A stretch of 64,000 bases of DNA from Octopus bimaculoides (Eukaryota): contig NC_068987.1 of NCBI RefSeq assembly GCF_001194135.2, forward strand, positions 25,915,018 through 25,979,017. Direction: 5' to 3'. The translations under genes and the position numbers were made by a program. The notes beneath the pieces are model-generated. The model had not been told where the DNA came from. It ran no database searches and was given only the letters and a program-made list of their open reading frames with translations. Of this stretch, positions 38,984 through 52,300 are shown piece after piece (the first letter of the stretch is position 1; each line of letters opens with the position of its first letter).

Positions 38984-39608
38984 GTCTGTACAGTGAGAAT
39001 CGGTGCCACAAAGGAAAGTCCTGCAATTTTCTACATGTCTTCAAAAATCCAACCCGGGAGTTTCAGCACACTGATAGAAATTTCCGTTCGGAGAATATTC
39101 ACCACCATAACAACCGTGATGCTTATCGATCTCATTCAAGACACCGTTCCTCGAGACACCATCGGTCATTTTGGCGACATTCTCTTTCACCTTTGAGACA
39201 TAGTTCCAGCCGTTCTCGTCACAGCCAGCACCGTGATTCTAGTCCCTCTTCATCTTATAATCGACGAAGTAGCAGACGTTCTTCTGTGAGAAAGCACTCC
39301 AGATCACGTTCTCCTCCAAGAAAGCGTTCCAGATCGCGTTCACGTTCTCCTCCAAGAAAGCGTTCCAGATCGTGTTCACGTTCTCCCCCAAGAAAGCGTT
39401 CCAGATCGCGTTCACGTTCTCCTCCAAGAAAGCGTTCCAGATCGCATTCACGTTCTCCTCCAAGAAAGCGTTCCAGATCGCGTTCACGTTCTCGGTCAAG
39501 ATCTTTGGAAAATTCTCATCGCAATTCATTTTCTCCTGATAGCAAACATTCAAAAGAAAAAACATTAAATCACTATAGACACAAAAAAGACAGAAACCTT
39601 AAGAAAAC
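38984..39608 (+). CDS. ZRSR2: ZRSR2 terminal exon 10: CCCH finger 2 (CGLYSENRCHKGKSCNFLH) plus RS domain; runs into an assembly gap
   Basis: ttctttcaag|GT acceptor in phase with exon 9. Encodes C-x7-C-x5-C-x3-H followed by VFKNP and a long RS/RSPP tail. The frame is open to the gap at 39609. TAA at 39952-39954 is the stop only if the gap length preserves frame. Confidence 0.95.
39307..39486 (+). repeat. Coding minisatellite, 5 x 36 bp (RSPPRKRSRSRS)
   Basis: Unit CGTTCTCCTCCAAGAAAGCGTTCCAGATCGCGTTCA starts at 39307, 39343, 39379, 39415 and 39451, with three substitutions in total. Confidence 0.97.
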
Positions 39609-39931
39609 NNNNNNNNNNNNNNNNNNNNNNNNNNNNNNNNNNNNNNNNNNNNNNNNNNNNNNNNNNNNNNNNNNNNNNNNNNNNNNNNNNNNNNNNNNNN
39701 NNNNNNNNNNNNNNNNNNNNNNNNNNNNNNNNNNNNNNNNNNNNNNNNNNNNNNNNNNNNNNNNNNNNNNNNNNNNNNNNNNNNNNNNNNNNNNNNNNNN
39801 NNNNNNNNNNNNNNNNNNNNNNNNNNNNNNNNNNNNNNNNNNNNNNNNNNNNNNNNNNNNNNNNNNNNNNNNNNNNNNNNNNNNNNNNNNNNNNNNNNNN
39901 NNNNNNNNNNNNNNNNNNNNNNNNNNNNNNN
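39609..39931. other. Assembly gap in the ZRSR2 terminal exon
   Basis: N run. Other gaps: 7334-7561, 15630-16297, 26351-26450, 27826-27954, 32407-32636 and 47813-47921. Confidence 1.
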
Positions 39932-40003
39932 ATGTTATCATCATGCTGACTTAAGTTTTATAAATTCTGATTTTTACCAATTCTGTTAAATAGTATATTT
40001 ACA

Positions 40004-40009
40004 AATAAA
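40004..40009 (+). promoter_or_regulatory. Candidate polyadenylation signal for ZRSR2
   Basis: AATAAA about 70 nt after the gap, followed by a T-rich stretch (tattcctttttttccttctg). Confidence 0.45.
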
Positions 40010-41244
40010 ATATTGTAAAATATTCCTTTTTTTCCTTCTGGAATCTATGTGAATGATGTCAATATTGTCATAAGGACGGTGAGCTGGCAGAATTGTTAGC
40101 ACGCTGGTTGAACTGCTTCGTGGTATTTCATCTGCCATTACGTTCTGAGTTCAAATTCCCGCTGAGGTCGATTTTGCCTTTCATCCTTTCGGGGTCGATA
40201 AAATAAGTACCAGTTACGCACTGGGGTCGATATAATCAACAACAGCACAAGCATGGTTGTGTGGTTAAGTTTATTTTGATGCTGCATGGCGTTGGATTCC
40301 GTCCCACTGCATAGTACTTCGAACAATTGTCTTCTACCACAGCCTCATGTCAACCAAAGGCTCGAGAGTGAAATATGATTGACAAAGACAACATCAACTG
40401 ACACATGAATGCTATATGAATTTGGGTTCAGTCCCACTGCATGGCACCTTGGGCAAATGTCTTCTATCATCCCAGACCAACCAAAGCCTTTGCTGTCTTG
40501 CCTTTCCATGATAGTTGTAAATCAGTGTCACTGTCCTACAAGCAGTATCATTCATTTCCACTACTTGGTGAGAACATGCCTGGCCATGGGGAAATATTAC
40601 CTTGATTGGAAACAGGTGAGGGTTGGTGACAGGAAGAGCATCCAGCTGTAGAAAATCTGCCTCAAATAAACTCACACCATCCAACCCATGCAAGCATGGA
40701 AAAATGAATGTTAAATGTTAGAAGAAGAGGATGATGATGATGATTCTTTTTTCTTTTTGCTAAAGGTACCTACATATGTCTTTGCTTGCTCTAAAATGCC
40801 CTGCGAAATCTGATTTTAAATCTGATTCTACAGGAAATAAGTTATGATTATGGAAGCAGGACAGTATGACATAGGAGAGACTGTCCTCTACAAATCTAGA
40901 ACTTCAGGAACTATATTTTGTGGTTACTGAAGCAAATGCAATTCAAGACTGAAGAGGAAATGATTGTATTTTATAATCTCCATCATCTCATGGATGGTAA
41001 TTATGAAATACGAATATATAATTTATAGCTTTATCATAGTTAAGGTAGAACTAAACGAGATTGATTCCACAAAAGATGTAATCTAAGATAGAGATTGACC
41101 AAAATACAATTTTTAGCATTCTTGCTCCATGGCATAGAGAAGCAGATTTTAAACTTATGTGTGTAATGGTAGCACCCTTGTTGCGAAAATATAGAGGTGT
41201 GGATTTGAGTCCCATACATATGGGAAACCCTACTTTTTAGGCAC

Positions 41245-41401
41245 AGGCATGGTTGTGTGCTAAGAAGCTTGTTTCCCAACCGCATGGTTCCCGGCTCAAT
41301 CACACTGTGTGGCACCTTGAGCAAGTGTCTTTTACTACAGCCTCAGGCCAACCAAAGCCTTGTGAGTGGATTTGGTAGATGGAAGCTGAAAGGTGCCAGT
41401 C

Positions 41402-41453
<52 letters not shown>

Positions 41454-42175
41454 ATATATAATCAAAATCAAATCAAATTTGCAAATTTGACGACTGGCAC
41501 CCGTACCAGTGGAGCGCTAAGAGCACCATCCGAGCATGATTGCTGACTGGCTTCCATGCCAGTGGCACATAAAGAAGTACCATTCGAGCATGATCATTAC
41601 TAGAGTCACCTTACTGGCACATGAAAAAACATTCCAGCAAGTCAAGCGTAATCGTTACCAGCATCGCCTTACTGGCACTTGTGGCATGTGAAAAAACAAC
41701 ATTTGAATGAGGCCGTTGCCAGTGCCGCTGGACTGACTCCTGTACAAGTGGCATGTAAAAAACACCACTTGAGCATGGCCATTGCCAGTACTGCCTGACT
41801 GGCCTTGTGCCGGTGGCACATAAAAGCACCCACTACACTCTTGGAGTGGTTGGCATTAGAAAGGGCATCCAGATCAGATTGGAGCTTGGTGCAGCCTTCT
41901 GGTTCGCCAGTCCTCAGTCAAATCGTCCAATCCATGCTAGCATGGAAAGCAGATGTTAAACGATGATGATGATGATATATATATATATATATATATATCT
42001 GTGCATGCGTCTTTGTGTTTGTTTTTCCTCTCATTACTGGCTTGATAACCGGTGTTGGTGTGTTTTGTCCCCGTAACTTAGCAGTTCGGCAAAGAGACCA
42101 ATAGAATAAGTACCACATCTTTCATGCATTCAGCATGGCCCGCAGTCTAGTGACTGAAACAAATAAAAGATAAAA
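41245..42175 (+). mobile_element. SINE A split by a family D insertion (about 41460-41976) within its internal (TA)n
   Basis: SINE head at 41245-41400, then (TA)n, then a full family D copy, then (TA)n, with the SINE tail resuming at about 42000-42175. Confidence 0.8.
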
Positions 42176-42451
42176 ATGATGATGGCTGTGGTGATGATAG
42201 TGGTGGTAGTGCCAGGATGTTGCAAAAATAGAAAATATCTTTGTATCAGTGTATTCCTATATACATGTAATGAGCGGTTTGAGCAAGATTTACATTATTG
42301 ACAACAGGTTGGTTGATGGACAGTCTAAAGTAGGTATGGACAACTTTTTGTTGTCACAGGAGACATGACCCATCATCAGGTGGGCCACACTTATAATTTG
42401 GTGGCAAGTTTTCTTTAGGTATATCAATCAGAAAGCAGATTTCCTATAACT

Positions 42452-42661
42452 GGCGGCGAGCTGGCAGAAACGTTAGCACACCGGGCAAAATGCTTAGCAG
42501 TATTTCATCTACCGCTACGTTCTGAGTTCAAATTCCGCCAAGGTCGACTTTGCTTTCATCCTTTCGGGGTCGATAAATTAAGTACCAGTTACGCACTGTA
42601 ATCGACTTAATCCCTTGTTTGTTCCCTCTATGTTTAGCCCCTTGTGGGCAGTAAAGAAATA
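42452..42661 (+). mobile_element. SINE B, young copy
   Basis: TSD AGATTTCCTATAACTGG at 42437-42453 and 42662-42678; the last 2 nt overlap the element start. Confidence 0.9.
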
Positions 42662-43046
42662 AGATTTCCTATAACTGGTCTAGAGGCTCCCTCACTGGTT
42701 TTCCAAGATGTGCATATGCTTGTATATATGAATGTATGCATGTGGACTCACAATTATAAGCTTAATGGAATCAATTGTTGAACCAGGTGGCACTTCGTCT
42801 CCTCGAACAAGGTACTTCAGTTCTCATTGCTCCAGTCTGCTCTGCTCTGCTCTGCTCAGAATAACTACCAGCCTCCTCCCAGAGGAGCACCTTCAAGGTG
42901 CTCCAGTATGGTCACAGTTGAGCAAATCGACTCCAGTTCTTATCTTTTAAGTTTGGTTTTAAATCTGTCGGTCTCTTTTACTGAAACACTAAGTTACGGG
43001 GACATAAACAAACCCAGACTGGTTGTGAGGGACAAACATATAGATA

Positions 43047-43088
<42 letters not shown>

Positions 43089-44269
43089 TATTTACACACA
43101 AACACACAACAAGACTTTTAAAAATGTTTGGTAATTAAAGGACAAAAATACTGGATTCCAAATTACCTGAAACATAATCAAACATGCATTATCCTATTCA
43201 AATGACAGGTATGGGTGTAAACTTTGTGGCACTGATTTATGAGAAATACTAAAATGTTCAAGTAATGTCCTTGATAAATCTAGTGAACTTAGGGTAAAAT
43301 ACTCACACTGCATTATAAACATTTTATACTTCAAAACTGTTATCTAATAAGCTTTTAAATCTTTCTATCTAATTCTCTAATCTCAAAGTATTCAACTTAT
43401 ATTTTGTAATTTAGTGAGGTAAACTTGACTCTCATATTTAGTTATAGATAATTTACACTTTAATGTCACCTAGAAACCCATAGCACGTGCCCTTTATTGA
43501 TCTGTCACCTAACACATTGTATCAGTTGCCTCGCAGGCTATGTACACTTATCACACTGATTTGTCATTTTATGTTCAAAAACTAGTGAAGTATTTGATAG
43601 TCCAATGTATGGCTTCATAATCCCTTCACTCTTTATTGTCTATACTTCTTTTATATATATATATATCTTATATATACTGGGTGGTTCAAAAGTCATGCAC
43701 AAAATAAGTGCAACACACTCTGGAATTGTAAAAGGCATGCTTCAATTTTTCTAAAATTAAATAAGATAAATAAAATAATGATGAATATACATATATTTGT
43801 ACATGATGAACAAAATGAATAATAATAATTATAACATTAACAACTTGTAGGGATGCAGTATTTTGCTAGGCAACAATAATATGCCATAAAGTATATGAAA
43901 TCATCCAATCAGATTGGAACCTGGTGCAGCTCCCCAGCTTACCAATTTTCAGTCAAACTGTCCAACCCATACCAGCATGGAAAATGATGGTTTAGTTTAT
44001 CCTAAGTTGGCACTGAACGAGCAGATACATGACCAGAACTGGAATTGACTGCAATCCAGCCTATCATTGATTATATTTAGTGCTAAATTATACAAAGTGT
44101 CATTCCTTTTCCATGCTGCTGTTCCTAATATATGGGTCACAGTTTAAGTTAGAGTTTAAAAAAAAATCAAACAGTTTTTACTTTTTAGACATTTGATAAA
44201 ATGAAAAGCGATAGCAAATATTTGGATTTTGTGTGTGTTTTGAAAGACTGACAGACTGTCGTTGTTGTT

Positions 44270-44452
44270 GTTGTTGTTGTTGTTACCACCGTCATTATTG
44301 CCACCATCATCATCACCACCGTCGTCATTGATGCCGTTGTCATCACCACTGCTGCCACCACCACCACTGCTGCCACCACCACCACCACTGCCACCACCAC
44401 CACCACTGCCGCCACCACCAACACTGACTCCACCGCCACCACCACCACCACT
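44270..44452. repeat. Low-complexity (GTT)n/(CCA)n trinucleotide tract
   Basis: Visible directly in the sequence; it produces the spurious poly-Pro, poly-Gly and poly-Val ORFs. Confidence 0.9.
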
Positions 44453-46265
44453 GGTTTTAAAACCCACTTCTCTATTCTTGCATCAGTCAGAAAAAAATTT
44501 ATTTAATCCTTTAAATGCAAGATAGAATTTCATGGTTACTCCAGTGATTATGTTAAATATCTACCATAAGAAAATAGAATTAGTATTTTCAGCATATCAC
44601 ATTGCCTCAATAAACTCAACATATCACAGCAAAAAATACAGTTTTGAACATGGTATTCCTCAACAAAAGATGGACTGGTACAAAATAAAAATTGCCTCCT
44701 GCAATTAAGGGTAATGCAATTTTGAGCGGATCTATTTGATTTCAACAGTAAATGGGTAAAATAGATTTCCTTCAGTTGGATGCTCTTTCTGCCACCAACT
44801 CTCACCTGTTTCTAAGCAAAGTAATATTTTCTCTTGTCCTTTGTACAAAAACAGCACAAAAGTAGGACTTGTTTTCACAGAAGATTCCAAATGAATAACA
44901 CACCATGTATGACAGGGAGGTTTGTTTACAATTAACATGTGACATCAAGACAAAAAGACATTTGTCCAAGGTGACACCCAGTGAGACTGAACCTGTTACC
45001 ATGTGGTTGGGAAGCGAACATTATAACTACATTCCTGCAAGTGCAATAATTAATTATTTATTTAATTAACATGTGCTTTTAATTTAAAATGACTGATGAC
45101 TTTCTGCAATGCAGAATTGCATTCATAAATATGTTATACAATAAACCATAGACAATGGTGAAACCATAATATTTGCTGCAAACAAAATTTGAGGAGCATT
45201 TCCCTGAAGAAATATAACAAATGTTAAGTGTGTCCCTTAGAAATGTTTTGAAAAAAAGGGCCACAAAGGACTACAGGAATGTTAAAATGGGTCACAGTAA
45301 CAAAATGCTGAGAACTGAGCAGCAGGGTGTGAGTTGAAGAAAATTGGCTGTGTGGTAAGAAGCTTGCTTCCCAACGACATGATTCCGAGTTCTGTCCCAG
45401 TGTGTGGCATCTTGAGAGCAATTGTCGTGTACTATAGCCTTGGTCCAATCAAAGCCTTGTGAATGGATTTAGTAGATGGAAACTGCAAGAAGATAGTAAT
45501 ATATATATATATATATATATATCATCGTCATTGTTTCATGTCTGTCTTCCATGCTAGCATGGGTAAATATATATGTGTCTGTGTTTGTTCCCTACCACTG
45601 CTTGACAACCAGTGGTGGTCTGTTTATGTCGCCATAACTTAGTCATTCAGCAGAAGAAAAAAAAAAAAAAAAAAAAACAATAGGATAAGTACCAGACTTT
45701 AAAAAAAAAAAATATTGGGGTTGATAGATTAGTAAAAATTCTTCAAGTCAGTGTCCCAGCATGGCCACAATCTAATGCCAAACAAGTAACAGATAAAATA
45801 TAAAAGACAATACAATGTCAGGTTAGCACTGAACAAACAGACATACTTTTTACATTTTTAAGCCTGGTACTTACTCTATCATTCTATTTTGCTGAACTGC
45901 TATGTTACTGGGAATCGAAACATAACGCTGGTTATCAAGCAATGGTGTGGGACAAACATGGTCATAAAGACATAGATATATATACGACTGGCTTCTTTCA
46001 GTTTCCTTCTACCAAATCCACTTACAAGGCTTTGATCAACCCAAAGCTATAGCAGAAGACACTTGTCCAAGGTACCATGCACTGGGAATGAACCCAGAAT
46101 CATGTGATTGGGAAACAAGCTTCTTACCACAGAGCCACGCCTGCGCCTTGTTATATAATTTCTCTATATAACGTGTGTGTGTGATTCTTGTTACATTTCT
46201 TCCAGGCTTAAAGTTTTTCAAATTTTCTCCCCGATTATTTTCATAAAAATGTAGTTGAGCGAGCG

Positions 46266-46305
<40 letters not shown>

Positions 46306-49300
46306 CTTTAATTTACAAGTTTCACTTTCGTGAAATACTCCACCACCACGAGAAAAAAGATCTCTGCAATGTGAATAGTATAGAGCGTTTCTAGCGAGTC
46401 GAAAGACTAGGTTGTGGGTATGTTTTGTGTTGAATGATGGAAGGTCGTTGACAAGCAGGAGGAGAGAATTAGTGTATTTATAAAGAAATATATATAGTTT
46501 TTAGGTAAACGAGGCTGAGAAGAAAAAAAGGTGGAGGAAGAGGATGAGAAGTACAAGAAAAGTACAATGCGATGAATTGTGTTAGCAACCAGATAAACAG
46601 ATGATAGATAGAAATAGATGGGTAGATAAACTGACCAGCGAGAAAAAAGATAAATATTTAATAACAATAAGACAAAAGTGAGAAGAAAAGTTGCAAATGG
46701 CGCTGATAATAATAGTAGACTTCTATTATAAATGACAGTGATGACGATGGGTATGATGGTGAAAGCGCAACAGTGATACTGGCTTATCTATATTGAAGAT
46801 GATGATAATGATGTATAAGCTCAGATAAGCCCTCATTGCGCTGACCTATGAACTGATCGAAGGCATTCCAATATGACCATCCTGTGTTTTTGTATATTAT
46901 CCGTTGTGCCTTCTTTTAATTATTTAATGGTATGAGTTGAGGTATAGTTGGCTGCTATTTCTAGCAAACAGAGCAATCGTATACTGGCTCCTGATGACAG
47001 TGGCAAGAGTGCTTTTTTTTTAATTATTATTCAACCTCATTACAGCCTTGACTTGTTGAACAGATCAAATATTCTAGCCTTGACCATTTATTTTTTTTCT
47101 ACTAATGCATTGTGCACCACGGACAATGCTGTCAAATGCAGCCTTGCTTTATTAGTTTTATTTTCTTCTTATACGATGATAGGGCGCGATTTCTTCCTGC
47201 CATTTTCGAGGTCCCTGAAAGGTCTTGGGATATTGCCCTTGCTCTTCGACTGAGGTCATGTGAAAATGAAAAGAACGGAATAAAAGGGGAGATTTTGTGG
47301 TAGCAATAATAGCATTAGTAGTAACAGTGACGATATGTGTGTGTGTGTGTGTGTGCAGAAAGAGAAAGTATAGAGATATCTAGTTAGAGAAAGAGAGATA
47401 ACTAACCAACTAGCTCGAGGCGGAGAAGCAGTAGAGGTGATAGTCATTGTATGTGTGACGCTTGTTAATGCTAGTGGGGATGGAGGTGGTGGGGATTGTA
47501 TAGCGATAATGTTTATGATTGGTAATGATATTAACATGTGGTGGCGTAAGGTGATGTTGTAAAGTGAAGAGAGGAGAGGAACAGTTATAGGAGGGGATGT
47601 GACGATGGTAAAAGCTAGAAATGGTAGTGGTGGTATTGGTATTTTAAAAGGTTGGTTGAGATAATGATGATTATAACAGTTGTTTAAAGCAAGTGGATGC
47701 ACCGAAGGTAGTGGTAGCATGAGGCAGTGGGGGCGTTGGTGGTATTCGTAGAGGCTGTTGATATTAGCCCCAGGTCAATCTTGACTGAGCCGACCTCTGA
47801 TCAAAGGCGTTCNNNNNNNNNNNNNNNNNNNNNNNNNNNNNNNNNNNNNNNNNNNNNNNNNNNNNNNNNNNNNNNNNNNNNNNNNNNNNNNNNNNNNNNN
47901 NNNNNNNNNNNNNNNNNNNNNGGCGGGTGGGTGGGGGCGACGACGATTTTTGCAGCGAAGTTGGTTGGGATCGTAATGATGATGATGACGATGATGATGA
48001 TAATAATAATAACGACAATGATGACGATCACAATAATAATAATGATGATGATGATGATGTTGATATGATAGCGGTTATTTAGTAGAGATAGACGTGTGAT
48101 CCGTAGGGAGAGGGTAAGTGGAGTAGCAGTAGAAGAAGAAGGATAGTGTAGAGGTGGTTCGTCGATAAGCTGCTGCTGTTGTTGTTGCTGCTGCTCCTGT
48201 TAAATGTTTCTTTACGCAACCATTTTCTTCAGTCAAAGCAACAATTGTAAACAAGCAATCACGCAGAAACGCAAATATACACGAACGAAAAAGCTTCTCA
48301 TCATATCACAGATCATTTTAACATGGAAAAGTTACCAAAAGCACAGACACTAAATATGCGTAAACATTTTTTATGGTTAGTTACATTTTTTCTTATATAT
48401 AAACTAATTTTTTTTTTTTTTTCAATTCCTTTCAGTCTAATTTGTCGTGGCATTTATTTATTTAGTGAATCGCCGTAGTTCGTTTTTGAAAAATTCCCAT
48501 CGTTCGTCCAAGTCACCTTTATTGCTAGTTTTTTGTCCAAATCTACCAAGTTCATAATAACTAGTGGTTAATTCTCTTAAAACCTTAAATTAATTCCTGG
48601 TTTCACTTTCGAAGTTCTCTATTCTCTAAAACCTCACACGAACGACCTCGAGATTCAAAATATCTAGTTCCTTTCTTTTTTAATCCAAATTATATTAAGA
48701 TATCTATCTATCTATCTGTCTGTCTATCTATCTATCTATCTTTCGATACACACATATACATACACCGAAGAAACTCTCTCACACACACACTGAGGTTTGG
48801 TAGAAAAGAGAAACTCAATCCATGAGTATATTTACTTTGTTATTTTTTAATTGGCAGAAAGTTACAGAAGTGGACGAAGGGCCGAGTGTTTCGTGCAAGT
48901 GCCCATGCTATATTAGATGATGAATAACTATGAATTAGAATATGCATAGTATGTTTATTTACATTGTTATATGAAAACATTCTACCCTTGTCTGTCACCT
49001 ACAACTTACAATGCAGTTAATTATATATCCTTCAGGGTGTCTATATTGCTTCGTATAGTAATTTTGGAGTCAGTTTTATCGTCGTTTTTTGTAAAGGCGT
49101 GCAACAGTAATTAAATTAGTTTCTCGTATTTGACCTGCTGCAAATAGTTGGTAACCTTACCCGCACAAATTATATTCTGACCTAAAAAACAACAACAAAC
49201 AAATGATATTAAAAGAGAAACCTGCATAATGCATGAAGAAAGAAAGAAAAAAAGGGATAGCCACAACTTGATCATCTTCGATTATAGGTGAACTTCTTCA

Positions 49301-52300
49301 GAGCTCTTACCTTGATGAGGTAAACAATAACGAAGTGAACTTCAGTTACTTTGACTTCTGTCGAACTGTTTCTCCAACTCTCTCTCTTTCTTACCTTCTA
49401 CAACCAGTTGAACTTTGAGTCCTCCAGTAAATCTTACTGTATCTTTTATATCCACCACATTTAAATAAACCAGATAATATTTAGATTGTTAGCCTGCCTG
49501 CCTGATAGTTTAGGTGACATCTGATGCAAGTTTATAACAACTTGTCAACGTGAGCTATATTTCAGTGGTCAAAATCTGTGTCTTTTTATTATTACATTTT
49601 TTTTTAAATAAAGAAAGAGATGTTTCAGTTGTCTCCTACTTCATTCTGGCTGTGTGTGCGTATCACCTGTTTCACTGTTTACATTTGATTGGTACAAAAA
49701 CAGTTTAGCATTTGTCTAAAAGCTTTCGTCTCGTCACCTCTACTTTCTAAATTCAAAATCCCACTTCCATTTGGAGTTAAGTTTTGATCTGTCGCACTCC
49801 CTAAATGAAACTTCTAATATCTTAAGGTATATAATAATTAACAGCAATCTCGCATCCTTGCTAAAATTCGCTCGGCGTCCTGCTAAAAGAATCCGTCATC
49901 ATCATTTGTGTCTTTAGGGAAGTCCATTCTGTTTTAAGTATTCATATTAGGTCTTCGGTTTCTTCTCCCCTATTTCCAGCCTGTCTCGAAGGTCTCATCG
50001 ACCCACACCTCCGAGAATGGAAACTAGAGTGCAGTATTTAGTGACGTCCTTTCCAAGTTCAAAGTTCAAACTCGTGGAGCGCAATAAAATAACTACCATT
50101 CATTACACTGCCACCTCGTTACACAGTTTTAACTTTGCTGTAAAAAGTAAATGACATATCAACTTGTATATCAACGAATGACGCGAATATCAGGGCTAAA
50201 CCATCACTCTGTTAACAGTCTTGTGCCAAAATGTTCATTTTCATCATCAAAAAGAACTGAATCGTTAATTGGTTTATTAAAAACATACAATTCATGATGC
50301 TATTAAGCATAAATTGTGATGTTAAATAATTAAAATAACCTTTTGCACTAACATCAGCAATTGGGAAAGGCTATGTTTGAAAATCTTGATAAATAACAAT
50401 GGTGCAATTGGTTTGACCCAATTCCTAAATTGTCAAAAAACTCCTTTCACTGTCAAAATGAACATAGATGTGGCACTGAATGTCTACTTAACTGCCCAGT
50501 TCAAGTTATCTTCATATGTTTCTAGATAACGGTTGGTACAAGGCCAGAATTTTAGGGCAAGAGTTAAGTCAATTGCATTGACCACTGTGCTCAACTGGTA
50601 CTTGTTTATTGACCCTGAAAGGATAAAGGTAAAATTTGAACTCTAAAAGTTTGATGTCAGAAGTACCACCACAAAGTGTTTTGTCTGATGCTCTAACACT
50701 TTTGCCTGCTTACCGCATTAACATAATTTCAAGATCATAAGTAGAAATATGTCATGCCTGAGAATACCCGTCAAGCCAAATGAAACTGTAGTCGTGGCTG
50801 ATGCTGGTGTCACGTAATAGGCACCTGTGCTGGTGGCACGTAAAAAGCACCCTTTGAATATTGGGCCCCATGGAGGTAATAAGTGATATGCCATGCTTGA
50901 GAAGACTCATCAAGCCAAATGAAATCGTAGTTGTGGATAACACCAGTGTCACTTAACTGGTATGTAAAAAGCTACCATTACACTCTTGGAATGGTTGGTG
51001 TTAGGAAGGACATCCAACTGTAGAAACCATGCCAGATCAGATTGGAACCTGGTGCAGCTCTCCGGCTTACCAGTTTCAGTCAAACCATCTGACCCATGCC
51101 AGCATTGAAAGCAGACACTAAATGTTGTTGATGATAGTTGTGTATTTTTGACAATAATATCGAGAGTGAAAGACTGAGAAATATCAACTGATTCAGTAAA
51201 CACAAGCCAATAACAGAATTTCTAAGTGAATGGTTTTCTACTAGAATGTCATGATGATGCACAAAAGTATATATATATATAACAGGCAGTGTTTATTGGT
51301 GCTGTCATGTACTTTAAGCACACACAGATAGGGCAATGAGGTTACTAATCATTGCTCTATGTGGTTGCTTGACCTGACAGAAACTGTATCTCTCCCAGAC
51401 CAGATTTGTGTTACCTTTAAAAATGGAAAGACATTAGATAATGTTAGTGTAGATAACATAGATAACATTAAAAAGGGAGGTTGATCAACTGGAATGCTTT
51501 TGATCAGGGGCTAAGCAGTAACTTCAGTAACTGTCATGTTACACAGAAGTGCATCTGAAATTATCTTTGCCAGGGCCCAAAGTCTCCAGAAGTGGAAGGG
51601 GAAGAAGAACAGTCAGTTGCAAGGCCTGTAAAGTTAGCTCCAGCAGAGAGAGAATTACGATCTGTGTGAGAACTCGACTTTTCTGGAGGTCTCTGGGTCA
51701 TAGAAACTGGCTGGGTGGGTGGACCACATTTTAGAGCAGACATCTAGATGTGTGTGTGTGAAGCAGTTTGTGCAGTCATAGGTAGAGATGTGGTGGTGTG
51801 AATGGTGTGTCATTAAAGGTATAGATATGGTGATGTGTGGGCAGAAGTAAATAGTGTGATGCCTTGGTTGTAGGTGTAGTGTGTTCTTAGGTGTAGATAC
51901 AAAATCTGAAGTCAAGTCCACACCTATAACCAACTATTCCTGTTATGTATTAACTCGAGTTAAGAAGTTCACTTTACAATTGCCATTGTGTGGCACTTTA
52001 GGCAAGTGCTTCTACCCTAACATTGGATTCACCAAAGCCTTGTAAGTAAAATTTGGTAGTAGAAAACTGTGAAGTGTGTTTGAGGGAAAACCATTGCTGT
52101 TCTTGGATGGTTGACTTAAATCTGTTGTCAGGCTTATTACCACCATCTATTCCTTGAATGCTTTTAGCAGAAAGTACCCAGTTGTTAAAATTTGGGTCTG
52201 ATCTCCAGTCTGAGGCTAACTTCTTTTTTACCTTCAACCAGTCATAGAGGTCCTAAAAAGGGTCAAAGAAGCTGCCCTTTCTTCTCTGACTTAGCCATCA

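Noticed and set aside
39307-39486. CRISPR-like 36-bp repeats
   Set aside because: The units are contiguous with no spacers, there are no cas genes, and they lie in a eukaryotic coding exon. No CRISPR array was found anywhere in the window.
39239-39565. Antisense ORF with NAIWNAFLEENV repeats
   Set aside because: It is the reverse-strand shadow of the 36-bp RS repeat, with no independent evidence.
44156-44525. Poly-Gly, poly-Pro and poly-Val ORFs
   Set aside because: They arise from trinucleotide low-complexity DNA, with no splice context or domain.
47727-48210. Poly-Q/poly-I/poly-H frames suggesting a coding exon
   Set aside because: There are nearby stops in all frames, no usable start or acceptor, and the sequence is microsatellite-derived.
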